Assembly: GCA_965197425.1 (NCBI GenBank)
Contig: CBDANC010000015.1
Span: 352,001 to 416,000 of the forward strand
DNA length: 64,000 bases
Direction: 5' to 3'
DNA from: Bdellovibrionales bacterium
GTDB lineage: Bacteria; Bdellovibrionota; Bdellovibrionia; Bdellovibrionales; JAUICD01
Below, piece after piece: positions 29,726 to 39,778 of the stretch. The position numbers and the translations under genes are program-made. The notes under the pieces were generated by a model. It did not search any database. It saw only the letters and a program-made list of their open reading frames with translations, and was not told where the DNA came from. Every line of letters begins with the position of its first letter. Position 1 is the stretch's first letter.

Positions 29726-31072
29726 ATGACGACTTCTTTGATATACTTTATTCAAAAAATCATACAAATTTATCCCAAAACTCCGATAGGAAACTCAGGC
29801 CACAGAAGGAGTTTTGAAATTTTTAGAACTGTATTTCTAGTATTATTAGCTGTATCAATTTGGTACCAAAATACATACGCTTTAGAGGGTACATGGAGAG
29901 GTTTAAAAATAGCAAAAGAAGATAGGTGTAGCGATTACAAAAGAGAAGTCGATTATCCTTATTCTCAGTCAGTTGAACAAAACATTGTAGAATCTCTTGG
30001 GAATAGAATTTACTCTCCCTATTCTGGTAAATTTTTTCAGTCAACCGAAGAAACAGATATTGAACACATTGTTTCTTTGTCTGAGGCACATGACAGTGGG
30101 CTTTGTTCCAGAGACTCTGCTACAAAAATAACATTTGCATCTGACATTAGAAATCTAACCTTAGCTTCGCCCCAAGTAAATAGATACGAAAAAAAGGGAC
30201 ACGATGCCCAAGGTTGGTTGCCAGAAAAAAATCAATGTTGGTTTGTAAAAACCGTTATAGATATTAAATCTGACTATGATCTAAGTGTAGATTCTGAGGA
30301 ACTTGTTTCTTTAGAAAGAGTTATTTCAAATTGTGATTCTTTTGACATGATTGTTTTTAAACAAGAAGAACAATCACGTGATTTAGCATCAGTTAATAGT
30401 TTTGCCTCTGATAGTCCTGCTGTTAAGAAAAGTAGAACAGGTATATGCCACTTAAAACAATCAAGTCCATACTACTCAAGAACAATAAAATTTGTCTCTT
30501 TCGATAATTTACAGTCTTGTCTTAACTCAGGTGGTAGGTGTCCTAAAAGAGATCATAAATGCCTTAACTTAGCATCAAACAGGGAGTTAGTGACAGATGT
30601 TCAACAGCAAGAGTTGGTAGTAATTGAACAAAGTGATCAAGCTAGCAGAGGAATAAATGAAGATAAATCTTTTTTAGAAAACAAAGAAGCAAGCATAAAG
30701 AAAAGCAAATCGGGAATATGTCATATAAGAGGATCAAGTTCGCATTATAACAGGTTAAAGAACTTTACTATTTATTCAGATTTAGCAAGTTGTATTAATT
30801 CTGGTGGCAGGTGTCCGAAGAAAGATCAAAACTGTCATGCATTGACAAAAGAGGGATCTGAAAAAAGTACAGATGAATCTTCAAAAGATCTAGAGAAATC
30901 CAAAAGTGTAAGCGTAAAAAAGAGTCGGTCAGGAATTTGTCATTTAAAAGGATCAAGCTCAAGCTATAACAGACTGAAACACTTTACCCCATATGACTCC
31001 TTAAGCTCTTGCCTTAGTTCAGGTGGCAGGTGTCCTAAGAGAGATAAGTTATGTCAAAAAAGCATCGATTAA
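29726..31072 (+). CDS. Secreted HNH-type (DUF1524-like) nuclease with three C-terminal Cys-containing repeats
   Basis: DIEHIVSLSEAHDSG, FASD..NL....VN..K; three KKS..GICH...SC..SGGRCPK repeats. Confidence 0.7.
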   Translation: MTTSLIYFIQKIIQIYPKTPIGNSGHRRSFEIFRTVFLVLLAVSIWYQNTYALEGTWRGLKIAKEDRCSDYKREVDYPYSQSVEQNIVESLGNRIYSPYSGKFFQSTEETDIEHIVSLSEAHDSGLCSRDSATKITFASDIRNLTLASPQVNRYEKKGHDAQGWLPEKNQCWFVKTVIDIKSDYDLSVDSEELVSLERVISNCDSFDMIVFKQEEQSRDLASVNSFASDSPAVKKSRTGICHLKQSSPYYSRTIKFVSFDNLQSCLNSGGRCPKRDHKCLNLASNRELVTDVQQQELVVIEQSDQASRGINEDKSFLENKEASIKKSKSGICHIRGSSSHYNRLKNFTIYSDLASCINSGGRCPKKDQNCHALTKEGSEKSTDESSKDLEKSKSVSVKKSRSGICHLKGSSSSYNRLKHFTPYDSLSSCLSSGGRCPKRDKLCQKSID

Positions 31073-31373
31073 ATAAACTCAAAGATTGGATAAGGAGGAT
31101 AAAGAAAGGCAACAGAAAACTTTCTCAGGATTCTAGACAAAGATCGGAACTAAACCACGATTTAGCTTTAGTCTATTTGGTAGCTGGGCCCATCGACAGC
31201 ACAGTTGAAAAAAAATTTGTTGAAGACTATTTGGGGTTGAATCGCATAATAGAAAGCACGGTTAAGTTGACACTAATCTATAAGTTCAAAGATTCAGAGA
31301 ACTATAAGGACAAAAAAGGCAAAGCAAAAGAAGCCTTTGAATTTTAAAATGGGGAATGAAACACGGAGCTTGC

Positions 31374-31793
31374 TTAATCACAATAACGCGGTTTGGAACA
31401 CACAGCACATAAAAAAGACTTTCCTTGCTTACCACAATAGTTTGCTACGCACTGTTTGTATTCCATTACACGAGCTAGTTCAAGCTCAATCCTGTCCATT
31501 CTACCAAAAGCAGGTCTGCTTCCTGTAGCATTCTGCGTCAATGCATCCCCTAATTTAGCTGCTGATACGTTCACTGGGTCTGATAACCTTCTTCTTTTTT
31601 CCCATCTCTCTTCCCTTTCAATAGCACAAAGCCCTTTTTTAATCTTTGTGGCAGATTTTTCATCGACTCCATCGAGAGCTTCACCTCTATCGAGAGCTTC
31701 TTCTGCTAACACTTCTTGAACCTTTAAGGGCAGTGAATCAGCAAAACTGCTAGACACAAAAGTAAACAACAGACAAAAAGCCAAAAACTTCAT
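31374..31793 (-). CDS. Hypothetical secreted Cys-containing protein
   Basis: Signal peptide MKFLAFCLLFTFVSSSFA; GGAGG SD. Confidence 0.6.
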   Translation of the reverse strand: MKFLAFCLLFTFVSSSFADSLPLKVQEVLAEEALDRGEALDGVDEKSATKIKKGLCAIEREERWEKRRRLSDPVNVSAAKLGDALTQNATGSRPAFGRMDRIELELARVMEYKQCVANYCGKQGKSFLCAVCSKPRYCD

Positions 31794-32037
31794 AGGTCCT
31801 CCTTCGGATCATTTCATAAAAACTGAGCTGTTTTCTAGGGGGTTGATCTGCCTTAAATTTAATACATATAATCAGGGGACCACTGAATAGTGTCGCTTAT
31901 ATGGATTAATTACAAACTAAGTTGTAGTTATAACTCATTGAATTTATTAAATTATTGTAATTTCAGAGATCTTCCTACAAGTTTTGGCATGTTTTCTTGT
32001 AGAAAATGTCACATAGTAGTATAAGAAATCGTAGAAC

Positions 32038-33285
32038 ATGGCTTCAAAAAAAGAGTTTGAATTTTTAAATAGTGATCTATGGCTGAAATACACCCAGGAA
32101 AGATATGTTCCTCTTGAAGACATAAGATATCGCTTAGAAAAACTTGGTATATCAGCAGGCGATTGGCCTAAAGTGAAAAAAAAAGTTCAAACATTCAGAA
32201 AAATGGGTGCTATACCATTTTTTTTTAATTCACTAGATAAAAAGTTTTGGTATTTTCCATCAGATTCAATTAACAGAAAACTTCATAAAGTTGAAAGCGT
32301 AGGCAATAGGCTTTATGATCTTATCGAAAATCACAATTCCTTTAAAAAAGAATTTTTTACCAATGCAACTATAGAAGAAGCAATTACATCTGCCATATAC
32401 GAAGGTGCAAATACTACTCGAGCTAAAGCTAAAGCCTTAATAGCTTCCAACGAAAAACCTAAGAATAGAGATGAGTTCATGCTTATCAATAACTATGAGA
32501 CTATGAAATGGATCAAAGAGAATACCAAGCATCCAATAACAAATGCATTAGTTTTAAAAATTCATGAAACAGTGTCTGCAAACACACTTGAAGGTGATGA
32601 TGTAAGTTTTTGTGGAAAGTTCAGAAATGATAGTGTGTACATAGGGAATCATGAAGGTGTTTTACACACAAAAATAGAAGAATCTTTAAAAGAGGCGATT
32701 AATCTAACTACAAATAATCCTCGTTTTTTGCATGCTTTAATAAAAGGAATCTTGCTTCACTATTTTATTGCTTATATTCATCCTTTCTTCGATGGAAATG
32801 GACGTACGGCAAGAACATTTTTCTATGTCCAGGCAATAAAAAATAACCTTAAATTTGTTGAACTACTTTCTATCTCTGCAGATCTTAAAGAACACGGCAA
32901 GAGATATGAAAAATCGTTTGATCTCGTGAAAGAACACGAACACGATATGACTTTTTTCATAGATTTCTGTCTTGACTCACTCATTACGGCAATAGCAAAA
33001 GTAGAAAGAAAAATCGATTATCTAAGATCTATAGCTGACTTCATCGAAACTGAGGGGCTCAACAAAAATCAAGTTTCACTGCTTCAACGAATGGCTATTA
33101 ATAAATTTAGCACCATTTCAATCGAAAAACATGCTGAGAACATCAGTAAGTCTAGAGAAATAGCTAGACAAGAATTAAAAGACTTAACAGAGAAAGGTTT
33201 TTTAAGAGAAATTAAACTGGGCAAGAAACATACTTACTACATTAAAAGTAAAAATATAAAGAAAAAGATTTTTTCCAACAGTTAA
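32038..33285 (+). CDS. Fic-family protein with C-terminal HTH
   Basis: HPFFDGNGRTAR; SAIYEG inhibitory-type motif. Confidence 0.9.
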   Translation: MASKKEFEFLNSDLWLKYTQERYVPLEDIRYRLEKLGISAGDWPKVKKKVQTFRKMGAIPFFFNSLDKKFWYFPSDSINRKLHKVESVGNRLYDLIENHNSFKKEFFTNATIEEAITSAIYEGANTTRAKAKALIASNEKPKNRDEFMLINNYETMKWIKENTKHPITNALVLKIHETVSANTLEGDDVSFCGKFRNDSVYIGNHEGVLHTKIEESLKEAINLTTNNPRFLHALIKGILLHYFIAYIHPFFDGNGRTARTFFYVQAIKNNLKFVELLSISADLKEHGKRYEKSFDLVKEHEHDMTFFIDFCLDSLITAIAKVERKIDYLRSIADFIETEGLNKNQVSLLQRMAINKFSTISIEKHAENISKSREIARQELKDLTEKGFLREIKLGKKHTYYIKSKNIKKKIFSNS

Positions 33286-33397
33286 AATCTAGTTTTTGGT
33301 TTTTTCTAAAACTATCTTTTTTTGATATGCCTTTGTTGTTATAGCGTCCATTCTTTTTAAGATGACTATTTTTAAATGAAATGTTAAATAGTATAAG

Positions 33398-34471
33398 ATG
33401 AAAGTAAAATTTTCTCCGAAATTCAAAATCACCAGATCTATTCTCAATCACTTGATGGAGATTGAACAGGCCAGAGGTTTTTTGAAAGCGGCAAACTTAT
33501 CCAATCAATGGATAAAAAAAATTAGTCGCAATGCCTTCCTTTTAGAAACTCATCACACAACTCACATAGAAGGAACTCAACTCACACTTGAACAATCTAA
33601 ACAGATTTTGGCAGGGCGAAAAGTATCAGGTGCGAACAAAGAGGATATAAAAGAAGTAATAAACTATAGAGATGCTTTCAATTTGGTATCTGATCACTTA
33701 AAAAAGAAAAAGGGCATAACAGAAACTTTGATTAAAGATATCCATAGGGAATTGGTTAAAGATGTTCGTGGAGGAAGTGCTAAGCCTGGAAATTACCGGA
33801 AAATACAAAATTATATTGGAAATGTTGTCACGGGAGAAATTATCTATACTCCTCCCAAACCTAAAGAAGTTCCAGCTCTCATGAATGATTTTGTAAGTTG
33901 GATTAACCAAAAGTCAGATATCCATCCTGTTTTAAAAAGTGGTATTATTCAATTTCAGTTTGTTCATATCCACCCATTCGTCGATGGAAATGGAAGAACC
34001 TCTCGCCTACTTTGTACTGCTTATCTCTATGGAGAAGACTATGATTTCAAAAAACTTTTTTCTATTAGTCAATACTATGACAAAGACAGAAGAGGTTTTT
34101 ATGGTGCTATTCAGTCTGTGAGAAAGAATAATATGGATATGACAGGTTGGTTGGAATATTTTGTGAAAGGGTTTTTATTTCAGATGAATGAGATTATGGA
34201 CATTGGAAAAAAAGTTATGTTGAAGGACGCTTTAATACAAAATCATAATTTATCTAAAAGGCAAGAGGTGATCATTGAGCATATTTTGGAGAACGGAAAC
34301 CTTTTACCAAAAGATTTTGAAACACTTATCATTCAAATAGAAAAAATAGATAAAAGTAAAACCACAAGAAGAACATTACAAAGAGATTTAAAAGACATGA
34401 TAGATAAAAAAATTATTAAAACAAAAGGATCAACCCACCAAATATTTTATTGTCTGGCAATCAAAACATAA
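33398..34471 (+). CDS. Fic-family protein with C-terminal winged HTH
   Basis: HPFVDGNGRTSR; THIEG; RRTLQRDL. Confidence 0.9.
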   Translation: MKVKFSPKFKITRSILNHLMEIEQARGFLKAANLSNQWIKKISRNAFLLETHHTTHIEGTQLTLEQSKQILAGRKVSGANKEDIKEVINYRDAFNLVSDHLKKKKGITETLIKDIHRELVKDVRGGSAKPGNYRKIQNYIGNVVTGEIIYTPPKPKEVPALMNDFVSWINQKSDIHPVLKSGIIQFQFVHIHPFVDGNGRTSRLLCTAYLYGEDYDFKKLFSISQYYDKDRRGFYGAIQSVRKNNMDMTGWLEYFVKGFLFQMNEIMDIGKKVMLKDALIQNHNLSKRQEVIIEHILENGNLLPKDFETLIIQIEKIDKSKTTRRTLQRDLKDMIDKKIIKTKGSTHQIFYCLAIKT

Positions 34472-34476
34472 GAAGT

Positions 34477-34520
34477 TTGCGACATGTTTACGACATATTT
34501 GCGACAAACTTGCGACATAG
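34477..34520. repeat. Four 11-bp direct repeats (TTGCGACA core)
   Basis: ttgcgacatgt ttacgacatat ttgcgacaaac ttgcgacatag. Confidence 0.75.
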
Positions 34521-34816
34521 ATAAGGGTAACTAATTAAAATTATAGGTTTTATTTCTTTGATATGTTTGAGTGGTCCCATATTCCTCCGCTTTATTAAGT
34601 CTGGTTTCAGGGCAAATTATTAACAAATAATGCCTATTTATCCTCCCAATAAAATCTTCTACTTTTGATTGGTATAATTTTTTGAAAAACCTACCCTATA
34701 TTATTAGAATAATAGAATTTTTTGTAGATTTATGGGGTAAAATTAAATCTTAAGGCCCTGTTCATACTCGACAAAGACAGGTTTTATAAAAAACAGATAA
34801 TAATACCTTGCAAATA

Positions 34817-34845
34817 TTGACAAACTAAACTAAATAGTGTAATTT
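34817..34845 (+). promoter_or_regulatory. Putative sigma70 promoter of third TA operon
   Basis: TTGACA-17-TAATTT. Confidence 0.55.
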
Positions 34846-34862
34846 GTGTTAAGATTTGCAGG

Positions 34863-35183
34863 GTTGTTAAAAAAACGGTCAAATATTTTGTTACAGAAAA
34901 AGAAACTTCTCCGTTCGAAGATTGGTTTGAAAACCTAGATAAATTTGCAAAAGCTATTGTTATTCGTGCTATCCAAAAGGTTGCTCAAGGTGGTGCCAAA
35001 AAATCTGTCAAGTCTTTAAAAGATGGTATTTTTGAAATCAGAATACCGCATGGCCCAGGTTATAGAGTGTATTTTGCTGAAGGCGGGAATCAAACCATAA
35101 CATTGTTAGTAGGCGGAACTAAGAGAACCCAAAACAGAGATATTGAAAAGGCAAAAAAAATTTGGAGGAATTATGGCAAATAG
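34863..35183 (+). CDS. RelE/HigB-family addiction-module toxin lacking a canonical in-frame start (not in ORF track)
   Basis: Hand translation: KYFVTEKETSPFEDWF...DGIFEIRIPHGPGYRVYF...LLVGGTKRTQNRDIEKAK; stop 35183. Confidence 0.75.
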   Translation, partial: VVKKTVKYFVTEKETSPFEDWFENLDKFAKAIVIRAIQKVAQGGAKKSVKSLKDGIFEIRIPHGPGYRVYFAEGGNQTITLLVGGTKRTQNRDIEKAKKIWRNYGK

Positions 35184-35469
35184 ACATAAAGATTTTGACG
35201 AGCTAGTTGCTTCTCAATTCAGTGATATTGAGTTTGCACAGATTTATATTATGAACCTTATAAATGGTGAAGGCATGAGCCTAGAAGATGCTTTGAAAGA
35301 AACAATTATATCAATGGGGCTTCAAGCTTTTGCAAAAAAAGCTAATGTATCTGTTCAACATATATCTGACTTTATAAATGAACGTAAAAAACTCTCCACA
35401 GATTCAATAGAAAAATATCTGCAAAAAGTATTCGGACTTAAAGTAAGAATGCAAGTTGAAGTGGCGTAA
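35173..35469 (+). CDS. HTH addiction-module antitoxin
   Basis: MANRHKDFDE...EFAQIY...GLQAFAKKANVS; GGAGG SD; overlaps toxin stop. Confidence 0.75.
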   Translation: MANRHKDFDELVASQFSDIEFAQIYIMNLINGEGMSLEDALKETIISMGLQAFAKKANVSVQHISDFINERKKLSTDSIEKYLQKVFGLKVRMQVEVA

Positions 35470-35481
35470 AAAACAAGTATA

Positions 35482-36381
35482 TTAGTTTTTAGTTTTTTCT
35501 AAAACTTCTTTAATTTTTTCTAAAAGTCTTTTTTCTATTTGTCTGGTTCTTTCTCTTGTGATGTTAAATTTATTTCCAATTTCTTGTAGAGTTTTAGGTG
35601 AGTCAGTTAGAAGTCTATTTTCTATAATATAAATTTCTTTTTCATTAAGCTTCTTTTTTAGCTTACCAATATTTTTTCTTACCATGGTTGTTTCTTCTTT
35701 AATGGCTATTTTTTCATCTAAGTTTTGATCTTCGCTGGTTTGTAGATCAACCAGTCGTGTAGAAGGGTCGTCATTTAAGGGCATATCTAGGCTTATATCT
35801 TTGTTTGTCAGTCTTTGTTTCATATCCGTTATTTCTTTTGGAGATGCTCCCAATTTTTGGCTCAATAGTTTTACATCCCCTTCCATTCCTTGGGATTCTA
35901 GTTTTTGTATTTCCGATTTTAACTTATAGAATAGTTTTCGTTGTGTAGTGGTAGTGCCTATTTTTATTTGGGAGTAATTTTTCATTAGATATTCTCTTAT
36001 ATATCCTCTGATCCACCAGACGGCGTATGTTATGAGCCTTGTCCCTTTGTGTGGGTCAAATGCTTTTACCGCATGCATTAAGCCTAAATTGCCTTCTTGA
36101 ATTAAGTCGATAATTCTGGCCTCGAACTTGGAGTATTCAAGGGCTATCTTGACCACAAATCTTAGGTTTGAGGTGACAAGTTTTTTTGCTGCATTTAGGT
36201 CATTTTTCTCAAGGTATCTTATAGATAGCTCTCTTTCTTCTTTTTTGGTTAAGAGTGTATATTGACTAATCTCGCTTAGATACAGAGCAAGGGCATCATC
36301 TGTTGGTCTAATTGTTATGTCAGAAGATTTTTGTGGAAGATTGGTTACTACTTCTGCTTTTAGTTTTTTCTTTTTGCTCAT
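35482..36381 (-). CDS. rpoH: RNA polymerase sigma factor, RpoH/sigma32 type
   Basis: SNLRFVVKIA, DLIQEGNLGLM, YAVWWIR, RpoH-box-like QRKLFYKL, ITRERTRQIE. Confidence 0.85.
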   Translation of the reverse strand: MSKKKKLKAEVVTNLPQKSSDITIRPTDDALALYLSEISQYTLLTKKEERELSIRYLEKNDLNAAKKLVTSNLRFVVKIALEYSKFEARIIDLIQEGNLGLMHAVKAFDPHKGTRLITYAVWWIRGYIREYLMKNYSQIKIGTTTTQRKLFYKLKSEIQKLESQGMEGDVKLLSQKLGASPKEITDMKQRLTNKDISLDMPLNDDPSTRLVDLQTSEDQNLDEKIAIKEETTMVRKNIGKLKKKLNEKEIYIIENRLLTDSPKTLQEIGNKFNITRERTRQIEKRLLEKIKEVLEKTKN

Positions 36382-36511
36382 GTTTGTATGCTCTTTAAAA
36401 TTATATATGCTATCTATTTTGTCTAATAAAAGATTTATAAAATCTTTGTATATTAGATCTTTTGTTTATTATCTTTATTGGGATAGTATATATGTAACAT
36501 GAGAGGCTTTT

Positions 36512-37750
36512 GTGGGCAATAATTTCATAAAATCTGTAAAGGGCATGAGGGATATTTTGCCCTGTGACAGTAGCTTGTTTAGATACATTGAATCTGTTGC
36601 AAGGGATTTAAGTAAGTCTTGTGGTTATTCAGAGGTTAGAACCCCTGTGTTAGAGCAGGCGGAACTTTTTACCAAGGGTGTGGGTGCAGACACTGACATT
36701 GTTAATAAGGAAGCTTATACATTCGTGGATAAAGGGAAGCAGGAACTTACTCTTAGGCCGGAAGGAACGGCAGGTGTTGTAAGAGCCGTAATTCAGCATG
36801 GTCTAATAGAACAACAGAGTATTTTAAAATTATTTTATATAGGTTCTATGTACAGAAGAGAGCGTCCTCAAAAAGGGCGTTATAGAGAGTTTTATCAATA
36901 TGGTTTAGAGGTTTTTGGAATTAACAATCCTATGGCAGATGTTGAGGTTATATCGATGGGCTTTGATTTTTTAAAAGCTCTTGGTATTAGTGATGTGACA
37001 GTGAAGATATCTAGTTTAGGCAATTCAGCTTCCAGAAAACCTTACTTAGAAAAACTAAGTGGTATTTTGGAGCGCAACTTGGAGCTGATTCCAAAGGATT
37101 TTGTGCCTAGGATAAAAACGAATCCTCAGAGAATTTTTGATTATAAGGACGAAAAGCTTCAGGAATTTGTAAAAACCTTGCCTTGTTTGTTAGATAGTTT
37201 GGATAAGGACAGTCAGGATCACTTTGATAGGGTGAAGCAGGGCTTAACTGATGTGGGTACTCCATTTGTGGTTGATCCTTATATAGTGAGGGGTTTGGAT
37301 TATTATTGTCATACTGCATTTGAATATGTACCTGAAAATTTGGATTGGGGTCAAAGTTCTTTAGGCGGTGGTGGTAGGTATGATGGTTTGGTAGAGAATT
37401 TGGGTGGAAAGCCTACAAGTGGTGTTGGTTTGGCTATGGGTCTAGATAGAATAGCTCTTTTGATGAATAAAAAACCTGGAGATTTGCCACTTATTTATGT
37501 GGCTTTTGAGAGTGAATCTTATGCTAGTAAAGCTTTGTGTTTGGCAGGTAAGTTAAGAAAGCCTGGGTTTGTGGTGGAGTGTGAGCTTGAGGGTCGATCA
37601 CTAAAAGGTCAGATGAAAAGAGCAGGGAAGCTTAAGGCAAATTTTGTAATAATAGTTGGTGAAAAATATATTTTGAAGGATATGGATAAAGGTGTACAGA
37701 AGAGTGTGGATGAATCAGCTCTGCTAAAAAGTTCCACTTTTAAAAAATAA
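36512..37750 (+). CDS. hisS: Histidyl-tRNA synthetase
   Basis: LRPEGTA, RERPQKGRYREF, VRGLDYY, GGGRYD. Confidence 0.97.
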   Translation: MGNNFIKSVKGMRDILPCDSSLFRYIESVARDLSKSCGYSEVRTPVLEQAELFTKGVGADTDIVNKEAYTFVDKGKQELTLRPEGTAGVVRAVIQHGLIEQQSILKLFYIGSMYRRERPQKGRYREFYQYGLEVFGINNPMADVEVISMGFDFLKALGISDVTVKISSLGNSASRKPYLEKLSGILERNLELIPKDFVPRIKTNPQRIFDYKDEKLQEFVKTLPCLLDSLDKDSQDHFDRVKQGLTDVGTPFVVDPYIVRGLDYYCHTAFEYVPENLDWGQSSLGGGGRYDGLVENLGGKPTSGVGLAMGLDRIALLMNKKPGDLPLIYVAFESESYASKALCLAGKLRKPGFVVECELEGRSLKGQMKRAGKLKANFVIIVGEKYILKDMDKGVQKSVDESALLKSSTFKK

Positions 37751-37759
37751 AGGGTTTAG

Positions 37760-39523
37760 TTGATGAAAGAGTTTATAAAGGATCTTCGAAGAACACATAT
37801 GTGTGGCAAAGTTGATCTTACAAGTGTTTCCAAAGAGGTTGTATTGATGGGTTGGGTTGATACAGCTAGGGATCATGGTGGAAAGTTATTTGTTGATCTA
37901 AGAGATAGAACTGGGATTGTTCAAATTGTTATAGATGGTGATGTGGCTTGTGCTTCTGAAATAAGATCAGAATATGTGATAGCAGTATTAGGCAAAGTCT
38001 CGAAGAGGCCTTCTGGTATGAAAAATAGTGATTTAGATACAGGGGAAATTGAAGTTAAGGTTAGTAGGGTAGAGATTTTATCTAAATCAAAGGCTATGCC
38101 CATTCAGTTAAATGACAATAGGGTGGGGGAAGACATAAGGCTTAAGTATCGATACTTGGATTTAAGAAGCACAAAGATGCAGAAAAATTTATTAACGAGA
38201 CATAAGTTTTATCAGGTAGTAAGACATGCGTTGTGTGAAGAGAATTTTTTAGAAATTGAGACACCTATTTTATTCAAGAGTACTCCCGAAGGAGCTAGAG
38301 ACTTTTTGGTTCCATCCCATATTTCTAAACACAAATTTTATGCTCTACCCCAAAGCCCTCAGATGCTAAAGCAGCTTTTGATGATTTCTTCGTTTGATAG
38401 ATATTTTCAGATAGCTAAGTGTTTTAGGGATGAGGATTTAAGGTCTGACCGGCAGCCTGAATTTACCCAAATAGATTTGGAAATGAGTTTTGTGGATGTG
38501 GATCAAGTGCTGGAGTTAAGTGAAAAACTTTTGAGAGCTATTTGGGATTCTTTGTTGGGTGTCAAAATAGGGGAGATCGAGAGATTAACTTATGAAGATG
38601 CGATGAATAGATTCGGTACTGATAAACCGGATACTAGGTATGATCTTGAGCTTTTAGATTTATCTAAGGACTTCGAAAGTTGTGGCTTTGGTATTTTTGA
38701 AAATATTTTGTCTAAAGGTGGTGTAATTAAAGGATTGAAGATTTCATGTTCTGTTTCTAGATCAGGGCTGGATAAGTTGACAGAGCTTGTAAAGTCTCAT
38801 GGTGTTGGTGGGTTAATGTGGTGTAGAGATGTTGATGGAAAACATTCTGGTCCTCTTTGTAAGTTTATAAATGATAAGAAGTTAAATGGTGTATTAGACA
38901 AGGTTGGATTTGTGAAAGGTGATTTATTGTTGGTGGTTTCTTCTGACAATTGGCAAGTGGCTTGTAGTGCTATGGGAGCAGTTCGAAGTTTCTTTGCTTC
39001 ACAAAGTAAAGAGAACAAGCGTGAGGAATATAAGTTTGTATGGGTTACTGATTTTCCTCTGTTTGAGTGTGATGATGGAAAATGGAGTGCAAGTCATCAT
39101 CCATTTACAGCTCCAATTGATTCTGATTGGAAGTTGTTAGAAAAGGGTGATTTAGAAAGTTTGGGAAAGGTTAAGGCTAAGGCATATGATCTGGTTTGTA
39201 ATGGAAATGAAATTGCTGGTGGTAGCATAAGGATACACAAGTTTTCTGATATGGAATTAGTGTTTAAGACACTTTCTAAGTTTTCTGGTGTGGATACTTC
39301 GAAATTTTCTTTTTTTACAGATGCATTAAAGTATGGAACACCTCCTCATGGTGGTATCGCATGGGGTGTGGATAGAATAATCATGTTACTGTGTAATGTT
39401 GGTTCCATTAGAGATGTGATAGCTTTTCCAAAAACTACCAGTGGTACATGTTTAATGTCTGATGCCCCAAGTACAGTGGAAGATGATCAGCTACTAGACC
39501 TGGGATTAAAGGTGGTCAGGTAG
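37760..39523 (+). CDS. aspS: Aspartyl-tRNA synthetase (possibly non-discriminating)
   Basis: RDHGG, PQSPQ, FRDEDLR, GGSIRIH, PPHGG. Confidence 0.96.
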   Translation: MMKEFIKDLRRTHMCGKVDLTSVSKEVVLMGWVDTARDHGGKLFVDLRDRTGIVQIVIDGDVACASEIRSEYVIAVLGKVSKRPSGMKNSDLDTGEIEVKVSRVEILSKSKAMPIQLNDNRVGEDIRLKYRYLDLRSTKMQKNLLTRHKFYQVVRHALCEENFLEIETPILFKSTPEGARDFLVPSHISKHKFYALPQSPQMLKQLLMISSFDRYFQIAKCFRDEDLRSDRQPEFTQIDLEMSFVDVDQVLELSEKLLRAIWDSLLGVKIGEIERLTYEDAMNRFGTDKPDTRYDLELLDLSKDFESCGFGIFENILSKGGVIKGLKISCSVSRSGLDKLTELVKSHGVGGLMWCRDVDGKHSGPLCKFINDKKLNGVLDKVGFVKGDLLLVVSSDNWQVACSAMGAVRSFFASQSKENKREEYKFVWVTDFPLFECDDGKWSASHHPFTAPIDSDWKLLEKGDLESLGKVKAKAYDLVCNGNEIAGGSIRIHKFSDMELVFKTLSKFSGVDTSKFSFFTDALKYGTPPHGGIAWGVDRIIMLLCNVGSIRDVIAFPKTTSGTCLMSDAPSTVEDDQLLDLGLKVVR

Positions 39524-39778
39524 GCAGGCAATCGGGCAGTCAGGTAGGCAGGCAATCGGGCAGTCAGGTAGGCAGGCAATCGGGCAGTCAGGTAGGCAGG
39601 CAATCGGGCAGTCAGGTAGGCAGGCAATCGGGCAGTCAGGTAGGCAGGCAATCGGGCAATCGGGCAATCGGGCAATCGGGCAATCGGGCAATCGGGCAAT
39701 CGGGCAATCGGGCAATCGGGCAATCGGGCAATCGGGCAATCGGGCAGTCAGGCAGTCAGGCAGTCAGGCAGTCAGGCA
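39515..39778 (+). repeat. 264-bp octamer-periodic tandem array
   Basis: 6x GTCAGGTAGGCAGGCAATCGGGCA, then 11x ATCGGGCA, then 4x GTCAGGCA. Confidence 0.95.

Noticed and set aside
31051..31347. 98-aa ORF after the nuclease
   Set aside because: No recognisable motif or clear SD; cannot be supported, though it may be a gene remnant
28679..35469. Integron cassette array or prophage
   Set aside because: No integrase, no recognisable attC repeats, mixed orientations, no phage genes
39515..39658. 24-bp repeats as a CRISPR array
   Set aside because: Head-to-tail with no spacers and no cas genes
39487..39739. ORFs encoding (ARLPDCPI)n, also 1227-1451 and the 729-893 extension
   Set aside because: Translations of the octamer array; no SD or coding evidence
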